From Macrostomum lignano (lineage: Eukaryota): 62,819 nucleotides of DNA. The DNA is taken from assembly GCA_002269645.1 (NCBI GenBank), contig NIVC01004051.1:1-62819 (forward strand). The letters are read 5' to 3'. Within the stretch, counting starts at the first letter, position 1; every line of letters begins with the position of its first letter. The notes below the pieces were generated by a model. That model was not told the DNA's origin. It searched no databases and worked only from the letters and a program-made list of their open reading frames with translations. This document shows positions 58,774 to 62,819 of the stretch, piece by piece. The position numbers and the translations under genes were made by a program.

Positions 58774-61700
58774 TTCAAGACATAAAGGATATTTTTACAA
58801 GTAAGTATGCATGCTTATTAAGACATTAAATCTTATGGAAGCTATCAACTAATTATAAAAAAATATACACCATTGCTTCACTAAAAGCAGAAAACCCTAA
58901 CCCTTTAATGTTAGTCACGATTTCACATCTTACAAATTATTTAGGTCCTAGTGTTGATTAATTAATAGAGACAGTTTTTACTTAATATTTTTCAACTAAA
59001 TTATTATATGATACTCAGATGTTTAGATGACTCTATAGAAATATAGTAGTTAATTTTTTTAAATAATTTATTATATTTGACATACTTGTATACTAAATGT
59101 TCAATAAAATATAGCTTATAAAATTTTAAGCAAGTCAAATATTTACAAAATATAAAAATACACTAAAAACTTATATGGTTGAGAATTTTGTGATTTTATA
59201 TATTATATTAAGAACATTTACAGATGAAAATCATGATGATTTATTAGTTTTTTAGCATTATAAAAAATAGAAAACTATAAGCTACAAGTATACGAGTATA
59301 TGCCCCAACTAAAATTAAAGACAAGATAGCTTGTATATAAATGTTGCTCTTCGACTCATGAAACAACTCATGCATATACCTTTGATTTAGTAAACTGATA
59401 AAACACGAAATGTCATAATTATATGAAATGAGATCAAGTGTGTAAATTGTGTCACCAGTTTTTACTTAATCAATGGTTAGCAAGCACTTTATTGAATAAA
59501 TTAGGCAGAGGTATTGCACTATTAGTATTAATATAATGTCAGTATCTACTGTCACCATATAGTAAACCAACATACATTAATATACACAGAAACTGGTGTC
59601 ATGCACACAAAAACATAACACTTTCCTATCAGAAATGGGACAGTGTGTTAATAAAAAGAAAATTTGAATAATATTACTGAAGTAAATATTGTTTACATTT
59701 GGCTTGGCTGTTGATGAAAAGCATCAGTAAAATAGTAAAATATTAATGCTCGTGTAAACATGCTAATAAATTTAAATAATAAACTTAATAATTAATATCA
59801 AAATCTTCACGAAAGCAAGACTAGTATGAACAGATCACTGAAAAAATCAAACGACATTATTCAAACTACGTATCTAATAAATGCCTTAATGATAACTACT
59901 GTAAAACTCGTTCAAGATTATAGGATACGATCTAAGTGTCAGTCCAACCAGGGATAGTACAGTGGTAAATGGTACTAGTTACAGTACAGTGGTTTCAATG
60001 CACGACGTGCGTTGAAATGTTGATATCTATAGCGTTAACTAAAACTATTTTTTAAAAATTAGCGCAAAATAGGCCAATTTCTCTCAGTATAACAAATTTC
60101 TGACTATCATAAAGATTTTTAAGAATACCTCTGCACAAAATAAAAGAAGTAGCTTTTGTACATGTGTTTTTTAGAACAGTAGCTGCTACTAAAAATAATT
60201 TCTGAAAACAGTGGTAATAAAGTACTCGTAATATCCTGCGCTACCTGATTTAAATTATTATAGAATTATTTTATTACATGATCGTGATAGAATTAAAAAG
60301 TCATGCTTTGACTTCAGTGAAAGAATAAAATTTATGCATAGTATAGCTATCATAGAGATCTGAAGAATGAGATCGGGTTTTAGTTTAAGAACTTAAGCTA
60401 GATTTGAGATTATTTGGGAAAAAGGAGGGACAAACTGCATGATTGGGTTTTTATTCATTGAGTTTTCGTCTTGTTTGAAAAAATATCATTTCAAGAGGGC
60501 CAGCTATCGATAAGGGCACATTCAAAAAACCCACAAGGACCGCAGAACAGTCATGTCTGATGAATATATATGATATATATATATGAATATGAATATATAA
60601 ATAGATGACAAGCACAATGTGGGGCGATGCTTGTGAACGAATCTTCTTCCAGTATACTGTTTAAAATTTTACTCTGTAGCCTCGTGGATCCAGATTGTAT
60701 GATTGCTATATAAAGTATAAAATGATACTAGATACTACCCGAAGAGTATGCAGAAAGCACTGACTGGAATTGTTGACTATGACAAAAAGCTAAAAAGTGC
60801 TCGATTTTGAAAAATCCATTTCGTGATTTTTGGTTGCATATAGTCCACTTATCGCTTGTACTAGAATAGGTCTTTAAAATTAAAATAATTGTCATCTTGC
60901 CGTGCACCTTATTTATAGCTATAAAATACCAACCAAACACGAAAAACAGCCACTAGCTGCACTAAACCCATGCTACACTTAACAAAAGATACTTTTTAAA
61001 CCATTATTGCTATTCAGTTTGACAAAAAATCGAAACTTCTGAATCAAAACAACAGCGACCTTATGCCTGTCTCTTTTAATACAGCAACATTTAATTTATT
61101 TTCCAATAACAAACACTTAAACACTTCTATATAGCAAATTGTAACACAAGGAAAATACAAGGCAGTACATTCAATGACAAAATTCAGTCACTAAATAATA
61201 AGTAACGTGTCAGCACTCCACATGTAGAATAAAACTTTATTTTGTTTGAAAAAAACTGGATATGAATTGCAGTTTGAATTAAATTTGATAGAGTTTCTGG
61301 TTTATTACTCGTAACTTTGTCAGGTCAGAACAGAAAAAAAATAAATATTCAAAAGCTGCAAATCCCAAACAGGCTGACTACAAACGGAAGTACATGTAAC
61401 AGGGATTATATTTAATTGACCAAGACCAGACCCAGGCCACGAAGCCGTCAGCATGCATACATTGTCCCCCCCCCCCAAGATAAACTTAGGCCTATGATCA
61501 AGACGGTTGTCAAGGTTGTCAAGACGGCCAGCTGTGACCCAAGTGGCCCATACCGGGTACTTTTACAAGCGTAAGAAGCTGAATCAAATAATCAAATAGT
61601 AATTTATTTTGTCATAATCTTTTCTTGAGTTAATTAATAGCAATAGAGATATTGGGGGGGGGGGCAAAAAAAAATTAGCCACTTTATTGATCGTTACGCC

Positions 61701-61889
61701 ATTAACTAATCGTCACTCCTTAGTTGGCCTCTCCTTCCCATCACCATAAAATCCATCACAACGCCCCTGATAAGCTTAGACCCTTTTGAGTCGCTGCCTA
61801 ATTCGAAAAATATCTAGACTAATTCGCGGAAGACTTCCTGCCTGCATAAATGCACAGAAAAAGTTAAGCAATAAAAACACACCTTTTTT

Positions 61890-62372
61890 TCACAACTGTC
61901 TAAGCAGCCAGGCAGTTAGTAAAACCAGTTGCCATAGTAACAGGCCGCGCTTGTCCGGACGGCTCTGATTAGCCAAGTTCTCGCCATCTTTCTGCTGATG
62001 CCCGCCAGGACGCGGCGGCCGCGGCGGCTGCGGCGGCTTGACTGTCGAGCTGGGAATCGCCACCTCGCTGACCAGCGTCACTGTGGAGTTGACGGACCCG
62101 TCAGTGCCGGCGGCTGTCGCTGAGCAGGTGAGCCGCATTCTGCGATTCAGCATCTGCGACTGGTGGACGAGCAGCACCAGTCGGCTGGTGGGGCGCTGCT
62201 GAATGCCGATGGACGAAGCCGATTGAAAGCGCGGCGCGCCGGCCTGCTTCAACAGGTCACCCTGCCAGAGCCATCGAAGTGTCGGCGCGGGATCGCCGTC
62301 GGAGCTGCAGATGAGCTGGGCTGTGGACCCGGCTGGCAGCTGGTGCTGCTGCACATCCGAAAGTGGATCCGC
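61890..62372 (-). CDS. Terminal exon of an Ig-superfamily cell-surface protein, probably GPI-anchored; the gene continues beyond the window
   Basis: Acceptor CTGCAG at 62373; Ig pattern TAQLICSSDGDPAPTLRW...RMRLTCSAT; Pro-rich stalk; hydrophobic C-terminus GLLLWQLVLLTAWLLRQL with no cytoplasmic tail. Confidence 0.75.
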   Translation of the reverse strand, partial: ADPLSDVQQHQLPAGSTAQLICSSDGDPAPTLRWLWQGDLLKQAGAPRFQSASSIGIQQRPTSRLVLLVHQSQMLNRRMRLTCSATAAGTDGSVNSTVTLVSEVAIPSSTVKPPQPPRPPRPGGHQQKDGENLANQSRPDKRGLLLWQLVLLTAWLLRQL

Positions 62373-62534
62373 CTGCAGGTTATTGAAGTTTTATCTTCAC
62401 TAAAGTGGTGCCATTCGCCAGGGGTTAGCGAATGGGCGGCAACGCCTCCTTGCTGTTTCCGGACGCACGGAGTCCCCTGCAGCTGAGTCAAAGTAAGTCA
62501 AAGTGGTGGCCATACTAATAGTAGAATACCTAAT

Positions 62535-62819
62535 GTGGGTGGCGCCCCGATACTTAATGTGGGTAGCTCCTGATACCTAAATGTGGGGTGGCGCCCTGAT
62601 ACCTAAATTTGGGTGGCGCCCTGATACCTAATGGGTGGCGCCATCGATACCTAATGTGTGGTGCGCTCTGATACCTAATGGGTGGCGCCATCGATATCTT
62701 ATGTGGTGGCGCCCTGATACCTAATGGGTGGCGCCATCATACCTATGTGGGTGGCGCTCTGATACCTTATGTGGGTGGCGCTCGATGATACCTTATGTGG
62801 GTGGCGCCATCGATACCTT
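62535..62819. repeat. Degenerate tandem repeat of about 25-27 bp (GTGGGTGGCGCCCTGATACCTAAT), cut by the window end
   Basis: About 11 imperfect copies. Confidence 0.9.

Noticed and set aside
58800-61800. AT-rich 3-kb region
   Set aside because: No ORFs, repeats or RNA structures supportable by eye; read as NUCB upstream sequence and the 3' UTR of the Ig gene

Overview
Eukaryotic (animal) genomic DNA with GC-rich spliced exons, GT-AG introns and very dense, intron-filling minisatellites and MITEs. The style suggests a free-living flatworm such as Macrostomum, but this is inference only. Genes reconstructed by hand from splice sites and protein motifs: (1) an ATD-containing ionotropic glutamate-family receptor most similar to the IR25a/IR8a co-receptor clade (+, 6028-11319); (2) a RIM/UNC-10 active-zone scaffold (-, 29499-16958); (3) an orphan two-TM exon (+, 36748-37320); (4) a TPRG1/TPRG1L (Mover)-like hSac2-domain gene (-, 39977-38389); (5) a TTLL6/13-type tubulin polyglutamylase (+, 41643-47925) with an apparent 1-nt frameshift; (6) a candidate 65-aa single-pass microprotein (+, 49833-50030); (7) nucleobindin (-, 58773 to about 52745); (8) the last exon of a probably GPI-anchored Ig protein (-, 62372-61890). 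Most long ORFs in the supplied track are artefacts of stop-free tandem repeats. There are no prokaryotic features, CRISPR arrays, rRNA or true tRNA genes. The best leads are the IR25a-like receptor with iGluR-type pore and ligand residues, a non-vertebrate Mover-like gene that may take its start codon from a trans-spliced leader, a divergent RIM, a nesfatin-like prohormone segment in NUCB, the microprotein, and a 323-bp higher-order, self-complementary minisatellite.
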